Of a stretch of DNA of 64,000 nucleotides, positions 13,846-26,819 are shown in pieces. Position 1 is the first letter of the stretch. Each line of letters begins with the position of its first letter. Source of the DNA: Mobula hypostoma (lineage: Eukaryota); contig NC_086097.1 of the NCBI RefSeq assembly GCF_963921235.1, positions 244,406,001-244,470,000 of the forward strand, in the 5' to 3' direction. Made by a program: the position numbers and the translations under genes. The notes under the pieces were generated by a model. It worked only from the letters and a program-made list of their open reading frames with translations, did not search any database and was not told where the DNA came from.

Positions 13846-13948
13846 AAAATTAGAGCAATCCCCTTCCTTCACCTCCTGTGTTCCTCCAGCATCTGTTTTT
13901 TTGTTTTGCTCTATCACCACCACTACCGCAGGAGAATAAAACGCTTAC

Positions 13949-14222
13949 CAACGATCATGTGGTTGCAGGTATCACAGAACGTTGGTTTCTTGAATATGTA
14001 CTCCAGGAAAGAATGTGTCCTGTTCTCAAGCGGCCGCTGGCTTTTGGTCGGGGTGGACGTTTGACTTGCTGAAACGGGGAGCGGCCCATTGTTGGGGCCG
14101 ACGCTGGGCAGGAGCTCCACCTGCAGCTTCGTCTCGCTGCTGGTGCGCTGGAAAAAGTTCTCCGCACTCCTGCTCCTCAGACCTTTGGTCTTAAACGACA
14201 AGGAACGTTTTAGCTTCTGCAG
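13949..14222 (-). CDS. STAC: STAC (STAC1) exon 2, 274 nt, N-terminal region plus start of the C1 (cysteine-rich) domain
   Basis: Translation LQKLKRSLSFKTKGLRSRSAENFFQRT...HSFLEYIFKKPTFCDTCNHMIV(G) closely resembles STAC1. Acceptor ttttccattcccttacag|CTG (phase 0) and donor GTTG|gtaagc (phase 1). Confidence 0.93.
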
Positions 14223-14479
14223 CTGTAAGGGAATGGAAAAGGTGTTTAGGCAGATGGGAGACATGTCGAGGGTGCAGCCGACCGCCCAGCTGTTCACTGT
14301 GGAGCCTCGGAGGTCCAGCTTCACAACTGACACTGACGCAGCGTTATTTTAGCCGTCTCGCTGCTGAAACAGTATCCTCGGCAGGGATCAAATTTCTAGT
14401 TTCTCCCACGTGTGTTCAATTAACAAAGAGCAGAATGGAGATGAACAAGTACAGTGTTTCCAAACGAAAATTAGAGCAA

Positions 14480-14832
14480 CACACACAAAATTCTGGAGGA
14501 ACTCAGATGATCAGGCAGCATCTATGGAGAGGAATAAACAGTCGACGTTTCCGGCCAAGATCAGGACTGGAAAAGAAGGATGAAGAACCCAGAACAGGAA
14601 GGTGGGGGAAGGGAAAGGAGTAAAAGCTGGCAAGCTGACAACCAATACTTCAATGCCTCTCGTAATCAGTTGACGAGAACGCTCCAAAAACAAATACTTG
14701 AGTTGATGAAGGGTCTCGGCCCGAAACGTTGACGAATTTATTCCCTTCCACAGGTGCTGCCTGACCTGCTGAGTTCCTCCATTTTGTGCGCGTTACTTTG
14801 GATTTCCAGCATCTGCGGAATAATTTGTGGTT
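14480..14832. mobile_element. Inverted (two-arm) Penelope-like insertion
   Basis: Minus arm ~14480-14640 and plus arm ~14700-14830, with 13-bp TSD aaaattagagcaa (14467-14479 / 14833-14845). Confidence 0.7.
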
Positions 14833-16584
14833 AAAATTAGAGCAATCCCCTTTCTTCACCTCTTGCAGGTCACCAATTCTGCCTCCCGCTACCCTGCCAT
14901 CCATCCATACTAAAATTTAAAGATTAGCCTTATTTGTCACATGAATTATTGATACACCCGGTGAACTGCATCGTTTGTGTCAACAACCAACATAGTCTGA
15001 GGATTGTGCTAGGGGCAGCCCACAAGTGTCTTCATGCTTCCAGTGCCAACCAACATAGCATGCCCACAACTTACTCGCCCTAACTCGTACGTTTTTGGAA
15101 TTTGGGAGGAAACCCAAGCCACCAGAGGGAACCCACACGATCACAGAGAGGATGTACAAATTTCCTGCAGTGGTGAAATTGAACCCTGATCGCTGGTGCT
15201 GTAAAGCGCTGTGCTAACTGTGCCGTACGAGCAGGTCACCAATTTATTCTCCAATGGTGGTTACTGGTCAATGATAGGTAACAGACCTCTGGCAAATAGA
15301 TTCCTCACATCAAACCCACTGAGGCTTACATAGAAACCTAGAAAATAGGTGCAGGAGTAGGCCATTCGGCCCTCCGAGCCTGCACTGCCATTCAGTATGA
15401 TCATGGCTGATCATCCAACTCAGAACCCTGTACCAGCCTTCTCTCAATACCCCCTGATCCCTTTAGCCACAAGGGCCATATCTAACTCCCTCATGCCAAC
15501 CTTCCATCTATGTCCCTGAAACGTGACCACGTGGTACAGAAACTGCACTACGATGGACAGGAAGGCTCCACGAAAGGTGATCAAAACTGCCCAACTTACC
15601 ACCAGCACCAGACTATTCTCCAACAAGGATATATACAGAAAGATGCAAGAAAAGGGACAGTGACATCATGAAGGATCCCACCCATCCTGCTCATCGACTG
15701 TTAGTCCCACTCCCATCAGGGAGCAGGCTCTGTAGCATCCACGCCAGGACCAGCAGTCTCAAATACAGTTACCTTCCCCAAATAGTAGGGTTGATCAACA
15801 CCTCCACCCACTAACCCATCCCCAGCCACCATTAGTTTATCATTTCCTGTCAGAGTCACCTTACGTACAGACCCTACTGAGTCTAGCATCACTTTATCGA
15901 CATACAATCAATCTATGTATATAAGACCAGAAGATATAGGAGCATATTAGGCCCATCGAGTCTTCTCTGCCATCATCATGTCTGATCCATTTCCCTCTCA
16001 GCCCCAATCTCCTGCCTTCTCACCATATCCCTTCATGCCCTGACTGATCAAGAATCTATCTATCAACCTCTGCCTTAAATATACCTAATGACATGGCCCC
16101 ACAGCCGGCGGCGGCAACGAATTCCACACATTCATCACCCTCTGGCGAAAGAAATATAAGCTATCTTAAGGATTTATAATTACTGTGTTTTTTTAATTAT
16201 TATTGTGTTCTTTACTTATTGCGTTTTGTATGTGGCATCGGATCCTGAGTAACAATTATTTTGTTCTCAGGAAATGACATTGAACAGTCTTGATTCCTGA
16301 ATCTAATGCTCTGCTCAGAGGAAGCGGCTGAGGAGCGACCCGTGCAAAGGAAGCTGAGTGCCAACTTCATGGAGATTTCAGAAACCGTAAGGGCATAGAC
16401 AAGGTGAATAGTCACAGTCTTGAGTCTTGTTCCCAAGGTAAAGGGAGTCCAAAACCAGATTTCAGATTCAGTAAGTGGTACAGGTGAAAACAACTACAAC
16501 GTTTACAAACAAGAGATTCTGTAGATGCTGGAAATCTTAAACAATGTGCACCAACTGCTGGAGGAACTCAGCAAGTACCGGAGT

Positions 16585-17120
16585 TGTGATGTGTTGTTGG
16601 AGTTGTATGTTGGTGAGGCCTAATTTGGAGTACTGTGTGCAGTTTGGGTCACCTCTCCATAGGAAAGATATAAATAAGATTGAAAGAGGCAAGAGAAAAT
16701 TTATAAGGATGTTGCTGGAACTTGAGGATCTGAATTTGATGGAAAGGTTGAATAGGTTAGGAAGTTATTCCCTAGAACGTAGAAGATTGAGGGGATATTT
16801 GATAGAGGTATACAAAATTATAAGGGTTATAGATAGGGTAAATGCAAGCAGGCTTTTTCCACTGAGGTTGGGTGAGACTACAAGTAGAGGTCATGGGTTA
16901 AGGCTGAAAAGTGAAATGTTTAAGGGGAACATGAGAGGAATCTTCTTCACTCAGAGGGTGGTGAGAGTGTGGAATGAAGAGCTCAAGTGGTGAATTGTGG
17001 GTTTGATTTGAAAATTTAAGAAAGATTTGGATAGGTACATGGATGGGAGGAGTCTGGAGGACGATGGTCTGGGTGCAGTAAGAAGGAATTGGGCTGAAGG
17101 GCTTGTTTCTATCCTGAACT
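16585..17120 (+). mobile_element. CR1 3' fragment
   Basis: LVRPNLEYCVQF...SLERRRLRG...RGHGLRL...FFTQRVVRVWN. Confidence 0.85.
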
Positions 17121-17483
17121 ACTGAATGATTGCTGCATGTCTGTTTGATTTCAAATACAAATGCCTTTCCAATTCAAGCAACAAGCAGCTAGTTCACAAT
17201 ATTCATGGTTTCCTTAGGAGGAATTCTTGCCTGACAAACCATTTGGAATTCTTTAAGGAAATAACAGGCAGGATGGACAAGGGAGAGTCAGTTGATGGTG
17301 TTTACTTGGATTTTCAGAAGGCCTTTGACAAGGTGCCACACATGAAGCCGTTTAACAAGATAACAGCCCATGGTGTTATAGGAAAGATACTAGCGTGGAT
17401 CGAGGACTTTTAATGTTCTTTATAATTGTTGTTTTTTGTTGCACTGTATGCCCTGACCAAATCACCACAGCAAATTCCTAATA

Positions 17484-18997
17484 CAGCAGATTCCAGTTAA
17501 TTGGGCCATCGGTCAATCAGGACATTCACTTACTTGGGACAACTCTTAAAGAATAAAAACTAATCAAATTAAGATTTACAAGGACGTTGCCTGGATTGGG
17601 GAGCATGCCTTATGAGAATAGGTTGAGTGAACTCGGCCTTTTTCTCCTTGGAGCGATAGAGGATGAGAGGTGACCTGATAGGGGTGTATAAGATGATGAG
17701 AGGCATTGATCGTGTGGATAGTCAGAGGCTTTTTCCCAGGGCTGGAATGGTTGCCACAAGAGGACACAGGTTTAAGGTGCTGGGGAGTAGGTACAGAGGA
17801 GATGTCAGGGGTTAGTTTTTTACTGAGAGAGGTGAGTGCGTGGAATGGGCTGCCAGCAACGGTGGTGGAGGCGGATACGATATGTCTTTTAAGAGACTTT
17901 TAGATAGGTACACGGAGCTTAGTAAAATAGAGGGCTATAGGTAAGCCTGGTAATTTCTAAGGTAGGGACATGTTCAGCACAACTCTGTGGGCCGAAGGGC
18001 CTGTATTGTGCTGTAGGTTTTCTATGTTTCTATGTGAATCAAGAAAATAGCCAGGACTCCCTGCAAAGCAACACACACAAAAAGCTGGAGGAACTCAGCA
18101 AGTCCAGCAACATCTATGGTTTATTTGAGACACCATGCCTCTTAATTGGGACAGGATTCTGCTGCCAAACAATTATTTAACTAGCCTCAGACACGTGCAC
18201 TTATATGATTATTAGATACTACACCATGCTTAGAGCAAAAAGTTTTTAAATAGTGTCAGTTGCATGGACTTGTGTTCAAAAAGCAGTGTTTTCAGTCACT
18301 GATAGTTGGCGAGAAATAAGCAGCAAGACAATACAGAACTGTCTTGCTCACCGCGATTTCAAGCATTCAGACTTAGAGATGCGAGAAATGGCCAAGAGTA
18401 TGAAACTATTTCATGACTTCAACAAGTTAGGAACAACAAAGAATTTGAAGGTATCAACAATCATCTTGAATATTACAATTAAAGGGAAGATTTTGAGGAA
18501 TCGTTGTAAGCATTGTATGAAGGCAGCCCATTACCTGCACTAGGTGTCTATGCTGATTTTGTACATCTAGTCAATCAAAAGAACACGGCACCCGGTACAC
18601 TGGATGAATTCCTCTGTCAATAACTATTAGGAACTAAAACAGTTTTATAGTACTGTAGTTGTACTGACAGTCACAAACAAGAGAAAATCTGCAGATACTG
18701 GAAATTCAAGCAACAAGCACAAAATTCTGGAGGAACTCAGCAGGCCAGGCAGCATCTACTTTCTTCCACAGATGCTGCCTGGTCTGCTGAGTTCCTCCAG
18801 CATTTTGTGTGTGTTGCTAGTATTGATAGAGTTCTAATTTGTTCTGTATTTCATGTAAGTTACTCAGGTAAATGATAGTTTGTCTTTTTTTTTATACCTT
18901 TTTAACTGTTTCCATGACACTTGACTAATTGGGACAGCCACTTAACTGGGCCGAAATGTAGTGGTCCTGATGTGTCCCAATTAACCAGAATCCACTG
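17484..18997 (+). mobile_element. Tigger/pogo-like DNA transposon remnant containing a CR1 (17570-18035) and PLE tails
   Basis: Imperfect ~25-bp TIRs (cagcagattccagttaattgggcca / tgtcccaattaaccagaatccactg) flanked by TA. Internal peptide SWREISSKTIQNC resembles the pogo DDE C-terminus. Confidence 0.7.
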
Positions 18998-20296
18998 TAC
19001 ATGAAAATGTATGTGGCGGATAAAGTTGACCATTGTTTTAGGAATTTGCTGTGGTGTGTTAGTCAGGGTGAAACACACAACAAAAAACAACATTCAACAA
19101 CTACAAAGAATAATGAATTATATAAAAAGTTTCATATAACTAAAAAAGCTAATAAAGTTAGAGGTTAAAGTACAGATATAGAATAAGATGTGCATTAAGT
19201 ACTTAAATATCAGCTTGTATTTAGAATGTAAACAGCATTATAAAAGTGGTTTAAAGTGCTTACAGTGCAGTGCAATAATGGGGGTAATAGATGGCCAGTC
19301 GGGGAAGGGCTAAAATACAAATCAGCCCCATGTGGATCGTGCAGCTGTCTGGGGTATTAATAGTTCATAAAATCTGCTGCTCTCGAACCACAAAAGTCCC
19401 AAAGGTGCTGGATTATCAGAGTTTTATTATGAAGTTCAAAGGAAATTTATTATCAAAGTACAGATATTTCACCATATACAACCCGGAGATTCATTTTCTT
19501 GTGCGCACACTCAATAAATCTATAGAATAATAACCATAACAGAATCGATGAAAGACTGCACCAATTTGGGTGATCATAAGCAATAAATATTGAGAACATG
19601 AGATGAAGAGTCCTTGAAAGTGAGTCCGCAGGTTGTGGGAACACTTCAATGATGGGCAAGCAAAATTGAGTGAAGCTATCCCCTCTATTTCAAGAGCCTA
19701 TTGGAATGAGAATAGTTGATCAGATTTGACCGCCTAGAGGAAGAAACTTTAAAGATGTCATTAAGTTTTTGTTTTAATAGCTGTTTAGTGCTTTCCAAAA
19801 GGGAGTTTTCGGACTGGCAGCTTGCAGGGCGGGCAGTGCCTGCCTTTGTTTGAGTGTGGCCCATGTATATGAATCTTGAGTCTTGTGTCCTGAAGAACCC
19901 TATGTGACATGAAACTCCAGACAAGGGAAAGTACAGTGAGCTGTTAATTTATGCAAGCTGATATCAGTTGCCATGCATAGCAACAGTCAGAAGTCAGTCA
20001 AATCTCCTCCCAGTACAAATGATGTAAATCTAAAACAATCCATCCTTACTTTGACAAACTGAATTACACAGCCAGAAACATATAAATAGTCCATCTCGTC
20101 ATCATTGCCAGCTGCTGCTCAGTAAAGGGGCTCCAACAGCTATCTGCTCCTCTAAACAGTTTGTTCATTTCACAGGGTCCAAACCAAAAACCAAAAAGAC
20201 GTAAATGATAAACACAAGAAAGCCTGCAGATACTGGAAATCGAAAGCAACAGAGTCAAAATGCAGGAGGAACTCAGCAGGTCAGGCAGCATGTCTG

Positions 20297-21113
20297 AACA
20301 TAAGAACATAAGAAAATAAGAAATAAGAGCAGGAGTCGGCCATCTGGCCCGTCGAGCCTGCTCCGCCATTCAATAAGATCTTGGCTGATCTGGCCATGGA
20401 CTCATCTCCACCTACCTGCCTTTTCCTCATAACTCTTAATTCCCTTACTATGCAACCATCTATACAACCTTGTCTTAAATATACTTACTGAGGTAGCCTC
20501 CACTGCTTCATTGGGCAGAGAATTCCACAGATTCACCACACTTTGGGAAAAGCAGTTCCTCTTCATCTCCGTCCTAAATCCACTCCTCCGAATCTTGAGG
20601 CTATATCCTCTAGTTCTAGTCTCACCTACCAGTGGAAACAACTTTCCTACCTCTATCTTATCTATCCCTTTTGTAATTTTATGTTTCTATAAGATCTCCT
20701 TTCATTCTTCTGAATTCCAGTGAGTACAGTCCGAGGCGACTCAATCTCTCCTCATAGTCAACCCGCTCATCTCTGGAATCAACCTCTTCTGCACCACCTC
20801 CAAAGCCAGTATATCCTTCCTCAAGTAAGGAGACCAGAACTGCACACAGTACTCTAGGTGCGGTCTCACCAGTCCCCTGTACAGTTGCAGCATGACCTCC
20901 CTGCTCTTAAATTCAATCCCTCTAGCAATGAAGGCCAACATCCCATTTGCCTTCTTGACAGCCTGCTGCACCTGCAAACCAACCTTTTGTGATTCATGCA
21001 CAAGCACTCCCAAATCTCTCTGCACAGCAGCGTGCTGCAATCTTTTACCATTTAAGTAATCATCTGCTCTTTCATTTTTCCTTCCAAAGAGGATGACCTC
21101 GCATTTACCAACA
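20297..21113 (-). mobile_element. CR1 3' fragment
   Basis: RDLGV, LVRPHLEYCVQFWSP, FSQSVVNLWNSLP, and a (TTCTTATG)-type tail. Confidence 0.85.
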
Positions 21114-21289
21114 ATGAAGAGAAATAAACAGTAGACCATAAGACATAGGAGCAGAATTAGGCCATTCAGCCCATCAAGTCTGCCCCGTCATTCCATCATG
21201 GCTGATCCCAGATCCCACTCAACCCCATACACCTGCCTTCTCACCATATCCTTTGATGCCCTGACCGATCAGGAAACGATCAACTTCGG

Positions 21290-21820
21290 GCCGAAGACTC
21301 GGACTGAGACTCTTCTTCAGGACTGAGAAGGAAGGGGGAAGATGCCAGAATAAAAAGGTGGAGGGGAGGAAAAGGAGACTAGCTGGAAGGTGAATGGTGG
21401 GTAGGAAAGGTCAAGTTGGGTGGAAAAGATCAAGCGCAGGACAGGAAGGAATCTGATAGGAGAGGAGAGTGGACAAGAGGAGAAAGTGAAGGAGGAAGGA
21501 CCCAGGAGGGAGTGATAAGCAGGTGAGAAGAGGTGAAAGGTCAGTGTGAGGAATAGAAGAGCAGAAAAAGAGGGGCAAGGGTTTAATCAGAAGGAGAAAT
21601 CGATACTCATGCCGTCAGGTTGGAGGCTACCCAGATGGAATGCAAGGTGTTGCTCCTCCACTCCTCGTCTTGGCACATCACATCACGGACCGACATTTCA
21701 GAACAGGGATGGGAATCAAAAGTTAAAATGTTTAACCACCAGGAAGTTCCGTTTGTGGCGGATGGAGCAGAGGTGCTCAACGAAGCAGTCCCCCAATTTA
21801 TGATGGGTCTCACCAACGCA
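21290..21820 (-). mobile_element. Older Penelope-like fragment (GIY-YIG end plus 3' repeat)
   Basis: Homologous to 61400-62000 (ctgggtagcctccaacctga on the minus strand), degraded. Confidence 0.7.
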
Positions 21821-22209
21821 GAAGAGGCTTTATAGCACCAACTGTCTATAAGTAGTTTGCATGTTCTGCCTGTGATCCAGTGGGTTTCCTCCAGCTGTTC
21901 CTGTCTCTTCCCACATTCCAAAGGTGTATGGGTTAGGGCTCCGAAGTTGTGGACGTGCTACATTGGCACTGGAAGAACAGCACCACCTGCAGGCTGCCCC
22001 TCAGGCTGTTGGTCCTTGACACACACGAAGCATTTCACTGTGTATTTTGATGTTTTGGTATGTATGTGACAAAAACAGCTTAATCTTTAATAGTTCCCAA
22101 CCGTTTTCATGCCATGGACCCATACCATTAAGCAAATGGTCCATGGACCCCAGGTTAGGAAGGCCTTCTTTAACACAAGAGATTTAGCTGATGCTGGAAA
22201 TCCAGAATA

Positions 22210-23360
22210 ACACATACAAAGGCTGCTTACACACGAGGGTGCTTACCAAGTTAAGAAACTGTATTACAGGAAAGTTACTAACATGGTTAGAGCTTTGGCT
22301 GATTGGTAGGAGGCAAAGAGTGGGAATAAAAAGATCCTCTTCTGGTTGGCTGCCAGTGACTACTGGTGTTCCGCAGGGGTCGGTGTTGGGACCACTTCTT
22401 TTTATGCTGTATAGCAATGATTTAGATGGCCCTGTTGCCAAGTTTGCAGATGATATGAAGATTAGTGGAGGGGCGGGTAGTGTTGAGGAAACAGGTAGGC
22501 TGCAGAAGGACTGAGACAGATTAGGAGAATGGGCAAGAAAGTGGCAAATGAAATACAATGTTGGGAAATGCATGGTCTTGCACTTTGGTAGTAGAAATAA
22601 ATGTGCAGGCTATTTTCTAAACAGGGAGAAAGTCTAAAAATCTGAGATGCAAAGGAACTTGGGAGTCCTTGTGCAGAACACCCTAAAGGTTAACGCAGGT
22701 TGAGTTGGTGGTGAGGAAAGCAAATGCAATGTTAGCATCAATTTCAAGAGGTCTTGAATACAAGATCAGGGACGTGATGTTGAGGTTTTAAAAGGCATTG
22801 GTCAGGCCTCACCTTGAGTATTGTGAACAGTTTTGGGCCCCTCGTCTAAGAAAAGATGTGCTGGCATTGGAAAGGGTCCAGAGGAGGTTCACAAGGATGA
22901 TTCCGGAAATGAAAGGGTTATCGTACGAGGAACGTTTGGTGCCTCTGGGTCTGTATTTGCTGGCATTTAGAAGAATGACGGGGGATCTCATTGAAACCTT
23001 TCAAACGTTGAAAGTCTGAGACAGAGAAGATGTGGAAAGGATGTTTCCCATGGTGGGGGAGTCTAAGACAAGAGGGCACAACCTCAGGATAGATGGGAGC
23101 CCTTTCAAAATAGAGATGCAGAGAAATTTCTTTAGTCAGAGAGTGATGAATTTGTAGAATTTGCAGCTGTGGAGGCCAGGTCATTGAGTGTATTTAAGGC
23201 AGATATTGATAGGTTCTTGATTAAACACGGCATCAAAGGTTATGGGGAGAAGGCCGGGGAATGGGGTTGAGGAGAGGAAGAAAGGATCAGCCATAGTTGA
23301 ATGGCGGAGCAGACTCGATGGGCCAAATGGCCTAATTCTGCTCCTATGTCTTATTGTCTT
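22210..23360 (+). mobile_element. CR1 RT/3' fragment
   Basis: GVPQGSVLGPLLF, KFADD, VRPHLEYCEQFW, and a CR1 3'UTR. Confidence 0.85.
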
Positions 23361-23724
23361 AAAGTACTCAAGGAACTCAGTGGATCAGGCAGCATCTATG
23401 GAGAGGAATGAAGAGATGACATTTTAGTCCTGATGAAGGGTGCTGGCACAAAACATCAACTGTTTATTCCCAGCAAATATAATTTATCTTTGGTAAAAGT
23501 TAACATACCATTTGCCCTCCTAGTTGCTGGCCTTCAAGCACTTGCATCCCCTTGAACATTCACACCATCTCATAGCTCACCACTTATCGTACATCCTGAT
23601 GATCTGTTATGCTCTCCCAAATACACAACTTCAATACCTTTCCACATTATATTCAACCCATGATCTTCTCACTAAGCTGGTCTTAGCGATCCTTCTTCGT
23701 ATTCACAATACAACTTAGCTTTAC

Positions 23725-24390
23725 ACCCCTCCATCTTCTTATCATCCACAAATTTTGCCACAAAGCCAATTCTATCAACCAAATAATTGACAAACGATGT
23801 GAAAAGTAGCAATCCCAATACTGACCCCTGAGGAACACCACTAGTCACTGGCAGCCAACCAGAAAAGGCCCTTGTTATTCCCACTCACTGCCTCCTGCCT
23901 GTCAGCCATTCCGCTATCCATGCCAGTATCTTTCCTGTAACACCATAGGATTTTATCTTGTTAAGCAGCCTCACGTGAGGCCCTTATCAAATGCTTTCTG
24001 AAAATCCAAGTAAGTGACATCCACTGCCTCTCCTTTGTCCACCCTGCTTGTTACTACCTTGAAGAACTCTAACAGACTTGTCAGGTAAGATTTCCCTTTA
24101 CAGAAACCATGTTGACTTTGACTTATTTTATCATTAGTCTCCAAGTACCCCAAAACCTCTTCCTTAATAATAGAGTCTAACAATATCCCAACTACTGAGG
24201 TTAGGCTAACTGGCCTATAATTTTCTTTCTTTTACCTTCCTCCCTTCTTCAAGAGTGGAGTTACATTTGCAATCTTCCATTCCTCCAGGACCATGCCAGA
24301 ATCTTCTAGTCCTCCAGGACCATGCCAGAATCTTCCAGTCCTCCGGGACCATGCCAGAACCTTCTATTCCTCCGGGACCATGCCAGAATT
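23725..24390 (-). mobile_element. CR1 RT fragment
   Basis: SQHGF...LDFQKAFDK and GVPQGSVLG motifs. Confidence 0.8.
24271..24389. repeat. Tandem repeat, 4 x 29 bp (aatcttccaKtcctccRggaccatgccag)
   Basis: Four adjacent near-identical units with no spacers, at the 5'-truncated end of the CR1 fragment. Confidence 0.9.
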
Positions 24391-25239
24391 ATGTCAGACC
24401 ATGACTAGTTGTACTTGTATACTTAGTAAGGTGGCCAGTGAGTGTATGTTGTGAAATGTGTTGTTTTTGCAGCAACAGTACAGGCAACACATTAAAAAAA
24501 AACTTAAGTTTCAACGAGAAATAAAAAATAAATAAGCCCATTAGATATAGGAGCAGAATTAGGCCAATTGGCCCATCGAGTCTGCCTTCCCATTCCATCA
24601 AGGATGATTTATTTTTCCCTCTCAACCCCATTTTCCTGCCTTCTCACTGTAACCTTTGAGGCCCTTACTAATTAAGAACCTATCAACCTCCGCTTTAAAT
24701 ATATCCAATGACTGGACCACCACAGTCATCTGTGGCAATGAATTCCACAGATTCACCAGCTTCTGACTAAAGAAACTCCCCCTCATCTCTGTTCTAAAAG
24801 GATGTTTTTATATTCGGAGGATGTGCCCTCTCGTCCTAGACTCTCCCACTACAGGAAACATCCTTTCCATGGCCATTCTATCCAGGCCTTTCAATATTTG
24901 ATAGGTTTAAGTGAGATACATACCTTCATTCTATAACGTAGTTTTCATGATTGGGAATGACATCAGTTTTGTACAGAAGAAATGGGTAGGTTTTACAAAC
25001 CTATTTTACAGAAATACAGAATGCTATTCGTTGTTTTTTGATGTTACACAGTAGAATAAATTTTCCAGTGAACCTGGTAAGTTCCAAGTTGTCAGGTGAA
25101 ATGGGATCAGGTGGATTTCTGGTGGAAAGCAGGAACCAGGATCCCACTGTGTGAGACAGAGTGCAAGTACATGCGCTTGGTGAACTAAATGCCCAACCAT
25201 CAGAATCTCCAAATCATCGGATCCCAGATTTTCCTGCCA

Positions 25240-25390
25240 GTTTCACACAGCAATATCTACCAAAGGAGGTGTAAGACACTGCCCAGAAGGAGGCAATGGC
25301 AAAACACTTCTGCAGAAAAACTGGCCAAGAACAATCATGGTCATGGAAAGACCACGATCGCCCACTTCATACAACACAGCACATGACCAA
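25240..25390 (+). mobile_element. Short RTE/BovB-related element fragment
   Basis: gaaggaggcaatggcaaaacact resembles the Bov-A-type motif. The 3' end (ccac.tcata..acacagcaca) recurs at ~36480-36515 with a (TGA)n tail. Confidence 0.45.
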
Positions 25391-26819
25391 TGAGCTAAGT
25401 GTTCATGGGTTCATTGTCTGTTCTGAAATATGATAGCAGATGAGAAGAAGCAGTTCCTAAAACATTGAGTGTGTGTCTTCAGACTCTTGTATCTACTTCC
25501 TGGTGTTAGCTTTGAGAAGAGTACTTGTCCCAGGTGATGAGGGTCCTTAATGAGAGATACCAGCTTCTTGAGGCTTTGCCTATTGAAGATGTCCTCAACG
25601 TAAGAAAGACAATTCCCCATGATGGAATTGGCTGAGTTTGCACTCTCTACCTATTCGTCAATTCTCAATCCATAGCGATTCCAACACCATCTTGTGAAAA
25701 TCTTAATAGACCACATTCACCAGTATCTCATCTTTATACTAGTCCAATCCTCAAAAAAATTCCAATTAATTAATTAATAGGATCAGTGATAACATCACTT
25801 CCTTGCTGACCATCAACGCATGCACACTCAGGGATGCATGCTTAGCTCTATTGATTGTGTAGCTAGGTACAGCTTAAATAGCTGTACGTTTGATGATGAC
25901 ACTCCTGTGGTTGGCAGATCACAGATGGTGGTGAAGAGAATACAGGAGTGAGATGGATCAATCACTACTACCATGGAGGAAAAGGTACAGGAGCCTGAGG
26001 AACCACACTCAATTATTCAGGAACGGATTCTTCCTCTCCGTCATCAGATTTTCGTATGGTCCATGAAAACTACCTTGTTATTCGTCATAAACTCAAGAGA
26101 TGCTGGAAATCCAGAGTAACGGACACAAAATGCGGATGGGGTGGATGAGCTCGACCACGAGATCCAATGGCCAGGAAGGCGGTTCTGCAACGCCTCATAC
26201 AGAACAAAGAGCATGACAAGGCACAGAAGAAGTCATGGTCATCCACTGTAACCGAGGAAGACCCCAGTTTGTCTCGGCTTCTCATGCCACCGGGCCAGGA
26301 CTTCCAAAGTCGCGAGAGTAGAACTGCCCCAATGCAATGGCTTTTCCACCTTAAGCATTCTCCCGCACGGGTTTCCTGTCATTGTTGGATACAACAGACA
26401 ATCACCAGTTCTCTACTTGAACCACTACCATGAACACAACCTCCTTATTTGTCTTTTGCTTATTTATTTTTGTAACTTATGGTAATATTTTATATATTAC
26501 AGACTTCAGAATATTAGTCAGTGATAATAAAATTGATCCTAATTTCAATACCACTCATCTTACCAGACCAGAACAGAGCCACACACAACACACACAAAAT
26601 GCTGGAGGAACTCAGTAGATCAACAAATACAGAGTTGACGTTTTGGGCTCAGACCCTTCATCAGGACTGGAAAAGAAGGGGGCAGAAGTCAGAATAAGGG
26701 GGTGGGGGAGGGACAGGAATACAAGCTAGAAGGTGATAGGTGAAGGGAAGGATGAAGGGGATTGGTGGAAAAGGTGAAGGGCTGAAGAAGAAGGGATCTG
26801 ATAGGAGAGGAGAGTGATC

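Noticed and set aside
1..13948. STAC exon 3 (second half of the C1 domain, GLRCK..CK..H.KC-like)
   Set aside because: No matching peptide or splice sites were seen. The region is mostly transposon-derived, so exon 3 probably lies beyond the left edge.
24271..24389. CRISPR-like 29-bp repeats
   Set aside because: The units are contiguous with no spacers, derive from CR1 ORF2, and there are no cas genes in this vertebrate context.
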